A DNA stretch of 64,000 bases. It comes from Cyanidioschyzon merolae (Eukaryota). Below, piece by piece: positions 29,700 through 41,000 of the stretch. Below the pieces are notes generated by a model, which was not told where the DNA came from, made no database searches, and saw nothing but the letters and a program-made list of their open reading frames with translations. A program made the position numbers and the translations under genes. How positions within the stretch are numbered: the stretch's first letter is position 1; every line of letters starts with the position of its first letter. The stretch lies in assembly GCA_000091205.1 (NCBI GenBank), contig AP006495.2, one strand, 5' to 3'.

Positions 29700-30912
29700 C
29701 GGATTTCAATATACTGGTCTCTGTCTTCTCTCCAGCTCCGTTGGCTGTAGTCGAAGGATGTTGATTGCAGCGTCAAGATCCCTAGGTCGCAGTATTCTGC
29801 AGCTGTCGAAGAATTCCATAGACAGACGGTCGGCGCGATCGACGCTTCGCTGCACTTTTTTCATCTTCTTTGTACGTCCCTGAGGGGTGCATCCACCGCA
29901 GCCGTGACAATTGACCATCGCCAGGTGTTTCCGTAAGCCTGCGAAACCGAACGCGCTGGGCGCTGCCCTGTGTCGCGTCGAGATTTGCTTCATCGCTCCA
30001 TCCATGCCCTTGGCGGATCCGGAAGGCTCGCCTCAATACCCTCCTTTGCTTCCGCTTCCGATGCCGTAACCTTAAACCACGGGCTTTATCTGGGCGATCC
30101 CTCGGAGAAGAAGCCGTGCTCGGCGCATGCAAGCGAGCGCTATCCCACTCGGTGGTGACTCCATGGCGCGCAACGCCATCCATGATGGAATGAGCATCTG
30201 CAGGAATATCCAGGCTGGAAAAGCCGCCGGCAAGTCTCAGGTCGCCTACACTCCTTTGCGGCAAACCGGTGACGGTCGCTCCGCTGAAAGCGAGCCGGCG
30301 TGATGGCTGAGGCCCAAGCCGCTTCCCCGCAGAAGCAGACGATGCACGAGCCTCTGGAAGCATACCCCGTGTGCGGGATCATGCTGATGCCCATGCGGAT
30401 TCGTCGATGGCCCGAAAGCGAGGAGGAATTGTGTTTCGGGCAGAATCGTTTATTTGACGTCAGCTGCTCAGTGGATATGCGGGATGAGCTCGCGATCCAT
30501 TCGTCAAGAGACGACGTGGCGTTATTGGCTCGTAAATCCGGACGCGCCCACGAGTTTGCTTGCAACTGGATGATCGAAGCATCGGAGCGTGCTCCATTGG
30601 AGGAAAACGAGGGGATTGGAGGCTTCTCCATATGTACTGATGAATTAGCATCGGTTACGCTACGAGCCGTTGTTCGAGGCCGTCGCGAATGCTCTCCATT
30701 CCGCAAACGTAGCGAATTCTCGCGGCAAAGCGTCGCCCGAGCTACCCCCAGACGCACAACTGAGCACCCGAAAAGGACGGATGAAATCAAAAGTGCACAT
30801 TGCTGCACTTCGAATCTCGATGCTGGCATCTAAAAATCGCTCCGAAAAATCGAAAAGCAGGAATAGAGCAGGTACTGCAACGTTGCATTTTCATCTGGTA
30901 CTCGTGTAGAAA
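29700..30912. repeat. Dispersed/segmental repeat family A, copy 1 (~1.2 kb)
   Basis: About 98% identical, in direct orientation, to 43957..45169 (offset 14257 bp). Pairs of near-identical spurious ORFs (e.g. 29782..30363 vs 44039..44620) mark it. No recognisable protein domain. Boundaries were read from where flanks diverge. Confidence 0.85.
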
Positions 30913-31251
30913 CGGCAAATTTCCACTATGCACGCTTGGAACACTGCGCGCTGAAGTCATACGTACGTACGCGCGCCGCCCTATACGTCGGCTTTGGCAT
31001 ACAACTCGCGCTGACTACCTAGGCAGCCAGGTGGACGGTCTCGTGTGTGAAAGAGACCTCGCACCGGTTCCCAACGGCGTGCTTTTTTGTGCCCTCTGCA
31101 CGAGTGCAACAGCGTTGTCCGCTTCAACTCCCTGTGGGTACTTTGTCGCTCCCGACATAACGCTTGCAGGTACGAGCCACCGCAAGGGACCTGGAACGTG
31201 GACCGAGGTTCAGGCCCTACATTCAACAATCAACGAGGAAACCAATCAAAA

Positions 31252-32598
31252 ATGAATAGTTACTGGAAGGACAACGCTTACAGCACGCTCGCTACGAGTC
31301 TAGACGGGCAGCGAACGCATTCGCCCCGAGACTCACCACTGGTAACCACCAGGGCGCCAATGGAGGCAGGCCAAGAACACGAGGACGACTTGGCTCAAAT
31401 AGCGATCGTGTCTTCACCAGGCTTACCGAAAATGATGGGCTCCTTGCACCCAGCAGGTTCCCTGTATGAAAAACCAGTTAACTTGCGGCTGGCTGTCGAA
31501 CAGCACCACGCGTTGCGAAGACTGCTCTCATCGCATGGTATCAAGGTCTACGACGTGCACGATATTCTGCTCAAGGACACGGAGCGCTCTGTCTCTGCTC
31601 GCGTTGCTCTGGAAAAGCTTGCTGCGCGCTGCCTCACGTACCAGTTTAGTACTGACGTTGATCGCGCACGCCTCGACGACTCGGAACGCAGCTTCATCGC
31701 CGACTCGTACAAGGAGAAGGTTCTGGAGGTCATGGCACCTGAACAGCTTGCCGATATTGTCAAGACCAATCCGGTAGTCACCATAGAGCCGAGCGGGCGC
31801 GATACCGGCTTCACCGCAAGTTATGCTTTCAAGCCGCTCACCAACTTGATGTTTACGCGCGACCAGCAGGTGACCACACGTCGCGGTATTGTCATGGCTC
31901 GACTCCGTTCCGAACAACGCCGCCGGGAAGTCGATGTCATGCAGTTCTGTTTTGAAAAACTGAAACTCAAAATCATCGGCCGCATACCGGAAAATGCGTT
32001 TCTAGAAGGTGGAGATTTCTTTCCCGCAGGGGATGATCTGTGTTTCATTGGGATCGGTCTTCGAAGCAACCTGGAGGCCGTGCACTACATGCTGGAACAT
32101 GACCTTTTCGGAACGCGTCGCGTCGCTGTGGTGAAGGATATGCTCGATCAGAGCCAAGATCGCATGCATCTGGATTGTGTGTTCAATATCATAGGAAGGA
32201 AGACCGTCCTTATGTTGGCCGACATCATCGGGTCGCAGTCACCGATCCGGCGAATGGTGGATGAGTACGCTCGTGAATCCGAACAGGATGCGTATCGCCT
32301 CGTACGCAGGGATGTGGAATTCGGAGCATACGTGGAGGATCAAGGATTTGAAATTATTCCGCTGAGTTTGGCGGATCAGATGGCCTACGGCTGCAATGTG
32401 CTGAACCTTGGCGCCAGTCACATTGTCTCGGTATGTTCAAGTGCAGCACGCAAAATCGTTGCGGATGATCGCTTTACAGGCAATGTAGAGTACCTGGATT
32501 TTTCGCAGTGCACGGCGATGTACGGTGCAGCACACTGCGCAACGCAGATTGTTTATCGCAGTCGAGTACCACCGATCTCCTTGGATCACGAACACTGA
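31252..32598 (+). CDS. Arginine deiminase (amidinotransferase/guanidino-group-modifying superfamily)
   Basis: ADI hallmarks are present: TNLMFTRDQ (PNLxFTRD), LEGGDFF (EGGD), MHLDCVFN (MHLDTxF) and the C-terminal catalytic Cys context YGAAHCATQ (GGxHCMT). The start was set at the Met (AAAATGAATAGT) at 31252, giving ~448 aa. The upstream part of ORF 31087.. is Cys/Arg-rich and unlikely to be coding. Confidence 0.75.
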   Translation: MNSYWKDNAYSTLATSLDGQRTHSPRDSPLVTTRAPMEAGQEHEDDLAQIAIVSSPGLPKMMGSLHPAGSLYEKPVNLRLAVEQHHALRRLLSSHGIKVYDVHDILLKDTERSVSARVALEKLAARCLTYQFSTDVDRARLDDSERSFIADSYKEKVLEVMAPEQLADIVKTNPVVTIEPSGRDTGFTASYAFKPLTNLMFTRDQQVTTRRGIVMARLRSEQRRREVDVMQFCFEKLKLKIIGRIPENAFLEGGDFFPAGDDLCFIGIGLRSNLEAVHYMLEHDLFGTRRVAVVKDMLDQSQDRMHLDCVFNIIGRKTVLMLADIIGSQSPIRRMVDEYARESEQDAYRLVRRDVEFGAYVEDQGFEIIPLSLADQMAYGCNVLNLGASHIVSVCSSAARKIVADDRFTGNVEYLDFSQCTAMYGAAHCATQIVYRSRVPPISLDHEH

Positions 32599-34717
32599 AA
32601 TGCGAGCGCTATTCGGTGCTTTCCCGAAGACCGGAGAAGCATGGGTTGCGCTGATAGTTTGGTACGTGGTATTCCGTGAAGATGGCGGGAATTCAGAGCT
32701 CATGGTTACAAACGTCCGACTTGTACCAACTACCGCAGTCAGGAGCCGCGTCGCCAGGTCCAAGACATAAACGCGATCGGACACGCACCAGGATTCGCGT
32801 GTTCTTCGATCATCTTTTGCATTGTGTTGCAGTAGCGTGAGTTTGCAACATGCGTCCTGTTTCGGGTCTAAGTAACGAGACGGTTCGCTTCCACGGAAAC
32901 GCGGGTGACGCAAGCCGTGCGTTTTTCTGTGCGCACGTAGAGATCACACCTCAGCCAGATGAGCATTGCCGGGAAAGTCTGGCAGAAAAATTCACCCGAT
33001 CCCTGAAACTGAGCCTGGTGGCGCTTTGCAAGCGTGCATGCGAAGCACCCGCCTTGTGTTGCTGTACATCGAGCAAGGTCGCCATGTGCCGTGGCAATGC
33101 ACAGGCCTATTTCGGCCGCACTGGTGGTTGCTGGATCCGCATGTCGTATCTCTGGACCCATGAATGTGTGGATGCAGCGAATGCACCTCGATGAGCGAGG
33201 AATCCATGGCAAGAGCCATGAGGCAGTGTCGCGCCCCCTGCCCAGATGACGAGGAGCGCAGGGCACTAGCGCCAGCTGGGCACGCTCTATCCCTCTGGGA
33301 CGCGCTTCTGCGCAGCTTTGAACCAAGCTGTACGGATACTATTCATGAAGAATCATCGCGCGTTTCGTTTTCTGGTGAAACGGTCGGCGGCAGGGCGCCA
33401 ACGTGGCCGTACGGCACCGGTGGCCAACGCGGCGGATCGTAGCCAGAGCCTCCAAGCGGGTTACAGCGTAGGATGCGCCACATCGCCAGCAAAATACCCC
33501 GCACAACACCAAACTCTTCTAATGACTGTACAGCGTAGTCACTACAGCTTGGTACGAAACGGCAAGCAGGTCCTAGGACAGGTGAAATACAGCGCTTGTA
33601 CAGCCGCAGACCGCCTACGAGTGTTTTGCGAACGGGCGCCAAGGCATCACGTTGCCGACTCGAGAGATTCACTCGTTGCTGAAAAGGTTGTTTTGCCCTT
33701 CGGAGAGCTGCAAACCGGTTATGACGCTCTATTTGCGTCGTAGCCCCAGGTGACAAAAACATGCTTCTCGAGAACAGCATGTCCAGACTAGATTCTAGAG
33801 GGTTACGGCTTCGCGTCCTCAAGGCGCAGTGCATCACACCACCATGAACCTCTTTATATTCTGAAATTGGCGCCTCTAGGCTACTCAACGGCGGCATGGG
33901 CTATGGCGTTATTGGCGCTCGCTCCGGTGGTATGCTGTGGACTTTGGGTGTCTGCGACTCGGGTTCGATTCCCGATGCTGCCCTTTTGATCTACCCTTAC
34001 TTGGACCACGCATCCGTCCTTGAGCACCCCACACCCCATATGTTTTTGGTGCAAGTTTTCTCGGTTTTATTCGAATACCCCCGGGAACGCGAGCAGTTCG
34101 CGGCGTGCAAGCACACCGGGGCTTCGCGGACGCCCTACCGTTGAACCGCAAGCCTGTCGCCAGTTCCGCAGTCGCAACCCGGCGCTCTGCAGCAAGTCGG
34201 GCGCGCTTCCGCTGCCTACGCGTCACGCAAGTCGGTGTAGTCTCTCCAGGTTCAGCGACGCGAGGCCTCCGGTCAAGGATGGATGCACGTACGTACGCAC
34301 GCTCGCACGTGCGCACGAAGCGAGAGAAAGGAAACGCGTACCAGCCGCGTTCGCTCGAAAGACTGCTCCAGTGCAAGTCCCTCGTAGACCTATAACCTGA
34401 AACTGGTGCGGCAACGAACTGCGAGCGCTCTCATAAAAGGCACGTGCAAAGCATTTACCAGATACATGGAGCGGCTCAGTGTGAGCCCAGGCGTGCCAAG
34501 GAAACCCCAAACCCACTAGAATCACGATGACTTGCGCAGTTGCCGAGCAAGATTTGTGCACTCGAACTTCATCCAGACGCTCGAGTAGTGCGCTCCAGAC
34601 ACCACTGCAAGAGTGCCAATAGGCACCGATGTTTGCGTCAGCACCGCTGTGTGCTCGCCTTCGAGGCTCAGTAGCAAGCATTCGCTGGGCGCGTTGCCAG
34701 TACCGCCCTGCTTGAGT

Positions 34718-37700
34718 CTATGAAAGCGCAGCGTTCGTGCTAGGCAACAAGCGCCCTACCTGCAACACCTCCGTGTTGTACGAACCGCACTGAGGGCATT
34801 TGTTATAAAGGAAATGGAACTCGACGAGACTGCGTGCGCTGCAATCATTACAGAAAATACGCGCTGGGATGCCGCGATACTCGGGTGGCATCGGCTCGTC
34901 ACGCAAGCGCGCCGCAAAGTACGCAGACATGTCTGCAAGCGACTTTTTGCAGAGCGGACATCGATAGTCCGCAGCAGCGTAGCGGCGATAGCAGCTTGCG
35001 TGCATCAGGTGCCCACAACGCAAAAACTTAATCGGATTCGTAGATGTAAAGAGGTACTCGCCGCACACGGGGCAGTCCGATTCGAGACTGTGCTCCATAC
35101 AGCGATGACTCTTCGCACTGGCCGTGGACATGCACGCATTGCACTTCATACAATGGAAATAGTCAATACCAAGACCTTTGCCGACGCGGCAGACATTACA
35201 GTAGCCACAATGATAGATATCCCGATTGGGCGCATCGTCGTAGAGCTTGCAAATGAGACAAACGTAGTGCGCGAAACGTTCCCCACAGGAACTGCATACC
35301 TCCGCAGGCGCCTGCTCCGTCAGGCACCGCATACAGAGAATTCGTTCCACTGCGTAGCGGTCCATGACGTGGTCATTCACTTCATCGTGACAAAGTCGAC
35401 ACGTGTAGTAGACCTGGCAGCAGGGCGCAAGCAGTCGACATGCCCGCGCATAGTGTCGACAACCGAGCTGGCCCGGCGAGGAGTCCGTCTTGCTACCCGG
35501 CCGGTACATGCGGCAGATGCCGCGGCCCTGTGGATCCGTTGACGCACGGGGACTGCTGTTGTTGTTGTTGTTGGTGGTGTTGGTGTTCTTGATCAGCGCT
35601 TCCGCATCACCCCAGGTGCAGCTACGTGCACTGGACGATGAGGATGCGGCATGTTCCGCAGGCGGCTGCAGCTTTCGACGACGCCACTGCGAGATCATGA
35701 CGTTCTGCATCAACATGGTGCGTTCTCGCTCGGACAGCGTCTCATCCCGGGCAATAGATCGAATCGCTCGCTCGACATCTCCCATGGCGCGGCGAATGTA
35801 GCCTTCAGCGGCAGCCTCGTATTTTGCGGAATCCATGTCGCGTCCATGCGCTGGGGTTGCAACAATACTCGCGTTCCCTCCCGGCCCCGTTGCATCAGCT
35901 TGCCGCGTCCCGCCGACAAGTTCATCGAAACCTTTGAACCACGTCCGCAACCACTGTGCGAACATGGTCGAGCGCGTAATTGTCAGAATATGCTGCATCA
36001 TGTTGGCGCTCTCGTGTCGACTGAGAACGCGCACCAGCCAGGGCAACAGCTCCTGCATCCGCGATGCCGGTATCTGGCCAAAAACCTGGCCAACAATCTG
36101 CGTCTGCTCATCTGCTGAGAACTTTTCCGCCAGAATTGGCCAAAGAACGACCTCCTCTCGTTCGAGATGATGCATGAGGTCAACCCGCAGCGCACGAACA
36201 ATGCCGCGCAGTTTCCGTATGAGCGAGCGTGTCTCCGCAGCAGTTCCGGCGCACTGAATATCCAACAGCGTTTGCAACAAGCGCCGAAAGAGCTCCTGTT
36301 CACAATGGTGGTCCGTTTCGTACTCCTCAACGATGCCGTGCACGCGCTCCGCGAGAGCGGGTAACACCACCCGATCCTCCGCATTGGAGTGATCTCTGAC
36401 CATGCGCTCGAGAAAGGCAAAACGCTCCCGCAGCGTCGTTAAATGTCGCGGATTCAGGGATTCTGGGTCTAGTTTGAGCGCCGCGTCCGCAAGTGCCTGC
36501 AGATCAACTCGAATCGCTTTGTGAACCCGCATGATCTCGGCAAGTGGTCCGGAATAGAGTCCACTCTCGGACTCTATTCCGGAGTGATTGCGTATCTCTG
36601 GAACACGGCGTGCAAGCTCGTACCAGTTTCTACCATCCAAAACACCCATGTGCACGGATTTCGCCACGGACTCGATGAGTCGTGCAAACTCCTGCCGAGA
36701 CATCGAGCGGAGAAGATTTCTAACCAAGGTCTCCTGTTCGGCGATCGAGAGTGACCCCAGGAGCCACGGCATCATGACGCGAAGGGCGTCTTCCGGGATT
36801 TTCCGTCGAACCTCGCGCACGAGACGATCCTGCTCGAGAACCGGGTAGTGTCCTTCCAGACGCGGCAGCAGGCGTGATTCCTCACTCGCCATATGTCGAA
36901 GTAGATGCCCACAGAGACTGCGAACGCGGGAGCGCAGTTTCGACATAAGCGGCGGACGCTGCTCCGCCGACGCAGCGCAGAGCTTCTCCACATCGCAGAG
37001 AAGCTCGTAGAATATGGAATCTTCTGTATGATGATCTCCGTGAATAAATTCAGCGAATTCTCGGTCTCCTTTGCGTAACTCTGGTAAAAAAACTGCGTCC
37101 TCACTCTGGGAATGTGCTGCATGCATCAGACGGAGAAAGCGCACCTGTTTGGCGAACGAACGAAGTTGCAACTCATCTGACGGGTCGACGTCGTCGATGG
37201 CCTGCTGCAAGTCTTCCAGCGCATGCCGAAACGCCATATGAATATGACGAATTTCCATCAGTGGTCGTAGTTGCGATTCCGCAGCCTCGGTGAGACCAGG
37301 AACGTGTTCGCTCAGCTCTTGAAACTCCTCCGGCGACATATCCTGGGCAACGTGGCCCGCTACGCTTGCAAACTGCTCAACAGATGCATACTGCTTCAGC
37401 AGCACGAGAAAGTAACTGCGCTCTGCCGTGGATGTAAGCTCCCGCAGTGATTTGAGCACCAATCGCGTCTGCGTCTCTTCAGGCATGGCAAAGATGATCT
37501 TGACCAGCAGCTGGCCCTGCTCGTCGGGCGTCAGGCATGAACTATCCCAGATATAGGGTGTCATTGCCTCTTCCTCTGCGTCGAGGTGGAGAAACACAGC
37601 GTCCCGAAGTTGTTCCCACTCGGCTCGCGACGGCCAAGTATCCGCGGCTTTCAAGTGTCGCTCGAGAGCCTCCATTTTTTCGTGTAACTCCATAAAAACT

Positions 37701-38074
37701 GCTGAATTGTGGCACGCTGCACCCTCGTTTTGCTCCAGGATGCGGCAACCCTTTCGAACGAGCACTGGAAGAAGTACGTCGTCTTCGGACGAGCAGTGGT
37801 GTCTCAGAATGTGACGCAGCGACTCGAGTTGCGCAGCAAGTTCCTCGCGTTCGTGCTCAATCACCGAACCGCCCGGTGGAACACTCTCGAGGAGTTCCAA
37901 AAGCTGCTCCAGGTCGTGCCGGATCGCTCGGTGAAAGTGAAACAAGTGCAGCAGTGGAGGCGCCTTGAATTGGGCACTACCGTTTTGACGGCTGCGTTTC
38001 GGTGGCAAGCCGTCACCCGAAGACCCGCCAGCTGCAACTTTTGCGTCTGAATGTGGCCTCCGTTTCGAGGGCAT
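34718..38074 (-). CDS. BRUTUS/HRZ-like E3 ubiquitin ligase: N-terminal hemerythrin (HHE) cation-binding repeats + CHY zinc finger + CTCHY + RING-H2 + zinc ribbon
   Basis: The C-terminal 280 aa hold a dense Cys/His pattern typical of CHY-RING proteins (…CRHYARACRLLAPCCQVYYTCRLCHDE…CMRCLTEQ…CSSCGERFAHYVCLICKLYDD…YHCGYCNVCRVGKG…CPVCGEYLFTS…LRCGHLMHASCY…YRCPLCKKS…CNDCSARS…KCPQCGSYNT). Multiple upstream HxxxE / H…SEDxVxLP motifs resemble the hemerythrin domains of plant BTS/HRZ iron-sensing ligases (HRAIRHDLEQL; HHCSSEDDVLLPVL; HSQSEDAVFLPEL; HSNAEDRVVLPAL; HLEREEVVLWPIL). Confidence 0.75.
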   Translation of the reverse strand: MPSKRRPHSDAKVAAGGSSGDGLPPKRSRQNGSAQFKAPPLLHLFHFHRAIRHDLEQLLELLESVPPGGSVIEHEREELAAQLESLRHILRHHCSSEDDVLLPVLVRKGCRILEQNEGAACHNSAVFMELHEKMEALERHLKAADTWPSRAEWEQLRDAVFLHLDAEEEAMTPYIWDSSCLTPDEQGQLLVKIIFAMPEETQTRLVLKSLRELTSTAERSYFLVLLKQYASVEQFASVAGHVAQDMSPEEFQELSEHVPGLTEAAESQLRPLMEIRHIHMAFRHALEDLQQAIDDVDPSDELQLRSFAKQVRFLRLMHAAHSQSEDAVFLPELRKGDREFAEFIHGDHHTEDSIFYELLCDVEKLCAASAEQRPPLMSKLRSRVRSLCGHLLRHMASEESRLLPRLEGHYPVLEQDRLVREVRRKIPEDALRVMMPWLLGSLSIAEQETLVRNLLRSMSRQEFARLIESVAKSVHMGVLDGRNWYELARRVPEIRNHSGIESESGLYSGPLAEIMRVHKAIRVDLQALADAALKLDPESLNPRHLTTLRERFAFLERMVRDHSNAEDRVVLPALAERVHGIVEEYETDHHCEQELFRRLLQTLLDIQCAGTAAETRSLIRKLRGIVRALRVDLMHHLEREEVVLWPILAEKFSADEQTQIVGQVFGQIPASRMQELLPWLVRVLSRHESANMMQHILTITRSTMFAQWLRTWFKGFDELVGGTRQADATGPGGNASIVATPAHGRDMDSAKYEAAAEGYIRRAMGDVERAIRSIARDETLSERERTMLMQNVMISQWRRRKLQPPAEHAASSSSSARSCTWGDAEALIKNTNTTNNNNNSSPRASTDPQGRGICRMYRPGSKTDSSPGQLGCRHYARACRLLAPCCQVYYTCRLCHDEVNDHVMDRYAVERILCMRCLTEQAPAEVCSSCGERFAHYVCLICKLYDDAPNRDIYHCGYCNVCRVGKGLGIDYFHCMKCNACMSTASAKSHRCMEHSLESDCPVCGEYLFTSTNPIKFLRCGHLMHASCYRRYAAADYRCPLCKKSLADMSAYFAARLRDEPMPPEYRGIPARIFCNDCSARSLVEFHFLYNKCPQCGSYNTEVLQVGRLLPSTNAALS

Positions 38075-41000
38075 CGCTCAGCTTGCCTTGGTGGAGCCCG
38101 GTTCCACTCCAGTCAGTTCGGCAGTGCTGGGCAGGGCTCAAAGCGCGTCTTGTGTTAGTGCTGCACTCGCCTCTGGTGACGCACGTCGCGAATACGTGGG
38201 AGCTACGTTCCCGACACTGCGGCCTGGAAGACCCAGAAATGAACGGATTCGCACGGCTGCGAGACACGATCTCGCTGTCGCCTGTTGTTAGGTTCCGGTT
38301 GGACGCTGAGCAGTGAATACTGGAACACACAGGTGCCAGCACGCCTTTTTTGCTTTCTTTCGTTTTCCTGGTAGGTATTCAACGAAAGGATGCGTCCTGG
38401 AGCATGGAGAAATGTTGTGCACAGACGGAATACTGCCACTGCTGGTATAGGGAACGGCGAGCTTTGTTGTGTGCAAGTCATTCTTTCTGGTGTCAGCAGG
38501 TGGATGAAGCACCCTTCTCGTAGTCTTTACTCGGAACCTTGTGTAACTAGAGAGAAATTCTCAGACTCTATCTACAAGACTGGCTCCTTTTCAAGCCGTT
38601 CCACTCTGTACGCTCTGTGGGATAGACGATCGAAGAATCCAGAGGGCAAGAAGTTTCTCTGCCGTTGCGAGCTGCGGTAATGAATGGACGAGGATAGACA
38701 CAGAAGGAAGCGCTCCGCTATGCGAGGACTTGTTCCGCTAAATACAACACACTCTCGATTTCGTAGTGAAACGCCTACGCTTTGTGCTGGAGCGATAGGT
38801 GTCCGTCTCACTTTATGAGACGTTATAGGGGAAAAATAGCAGACTTCTATAAGAGTACCCTGATAGGGGTAGATGGCTGTTTGTGGGGAACAAACAGGCG
38901 AGCGTAACGGCAACATCAGCCCTGTCGGCAACTCAATGACATGGTCGCCTGCGAACCGCCAAAAGGTCACGATCATTCAGCACCTCATGCTGCGGTGAAG
39001 ACCGTTGCAACCTCTTCCCATATTCTTCTATTCTCTTCTGAGGCAACATCGCATTCCATTCCTCAAAAGCGGTCAAGAAGCATGCAGTTGAGACTGGGGT
39101 TGCGCTGTTTATCGTGCAAGCGCGCGCTCTCTCTGGATGAATCCAGTCGATGGCGTCTCTTCCGTTGTCAATGTCTTTTTGAACGCGCACTTGTCTAGGA
39201 ACGAATCGCCCGCATCCGTGAAGCCGAGGCTCTACGAAAAGTCGCCCTCTACCGTTACCAGCCTTGAACTGCAGCGATTTTTCTCTGCTCGAGCGCAGGT
39301 TGGGGCGGAAATTCGCGCGTCCTTCCGTGGCGTGCTCGCTAAGGAGAAGGTGACGAAGACATCCCCGATAAATCGTAGGTCCCGGAATCGCATACGCACG
39401 ATTCAGTGCCATCGTCTACCCCGTGCGTCTCAGTCCTAGAGCGAAAACGGATATACAGTACAATGACTACACCAACGTCGCCCTGTCAAGTGAAGGAGCA
39501 ACGCGAGGAAACCACCAGACAAGAAATAGGGTGAGCTCCCCGAGGAGAGGGCGAGAAGCGGCAGAAAGGAGCAACTACCGAAGCAGAAGGATCCGTCAGC
39601 AACGGTTTTCAAGGTCTCCCTACGAAAACTTGTTCACGGGGATGAGCTTCCAAAAAGTGGGATGCAGGACGTCATGAACGGTCGCCTAGATTCCCTCGCC
39701 TCGACGCACCTTGGCAGGTAACTTTGCGTAAGATGTTTCAAGTCAGTTTGTCAGCTGTTAACATTGCTCCAGAATTTTCCGACCAAATATTTCTGATGCA
39801 GCATAAATGATACTCGAGACAGACTATGTATTGCGCCCTGAGCGTCGGATCAGAGACTTGTGTGCAAATGCTTCCCAGAATATCTCGACGAGTTGCCGCG
39901 TTACTCCGCGATCAGAGCATCCACAGCGTACGTACCGAAAACTATCAAACCAATCTCCTCGGAAACCGTACACGGGTCCGTGTCGAGCGCTCCATGAGGA
40001 GCACCCTTTGGATATTGTACCTTCACTGTTCTGGTCCAGAAAAGTAGAGCCTGATGAATGTTATGCTTCGTAGGTCGTGAGAGGTACATGACCAGCTCGC
40101 GGCCAGTTTGTAAGAAATGACGCAACGAGATCGACGCTCGCTGCTCATCCTCCCAAGGCCATGGTGTTTTCCTCGATTATGGACCAACAGACATCGCGTC
40201 CAAGTGATATCTGAAACGTGATGCATGCCTTGCTTGCAGTTTACACTTCGAACTCTTCGTGAACAGGGCCGTCCAGCGCAAATCACACTGGCTCCCGGAA
40301 TCTGGTCAAAGTCGCCGCCTAAAGCATCTGTTCGATGTAGTCCCCGTATCGTCAGATCCAGGTTCATGATATGACGATAGGCTGAATGGTTTACTGTTCG
40401 ACGTGGTCCCCCTAGTGAGCTGCGGCTGATCTCTGCGGACAGTAACGAGGCAGTCGAAAATTTTCACGAAAAGCATTCGCGATGCTCGTTCAAGGACTCT
40501 CGTTTACTGGGAGGATACGAAAAGGTTTACCGGTACAGCAGACATCGACGGTTCAGCAGTCTATGCGTACTTCGTGAAACGAGAACCTGGGCGGAGAAAC
40601 GAGACTTCGTCTCTAGCTTTCAAGGTAGAAGAAGGGAAAGACTTGTTAGTGAGCGTGGGTTTCGGGTTGAAGAACATCATAGCCGCCGCTGTCCCTGTAA
40701 CCACAGGGGATATAGCCAAGGACCTCAAAAGGAAAACACAGGCAACTGGTCATCTATTCGGGGGATCGGTATTATCGAGACTCGGGCATGGCAGACGCCA
40801 GGGCCCATCTCGGCGATCTGAGAACTGTATCCAGCAGATGCGAATGTTTTGTACGCTTCATCCAGAGAGCGTACACAGACGCCGAAATAGCTCATGCGGA
40901 CGGTCTTTGGCAAGCGTATATGAGACTGCACTCGGGTAGCTAACGATCTGCGTTCGACGGAGGCAAGAAGCGTGCATTTGCCAATCTGCTGGATGCATTG

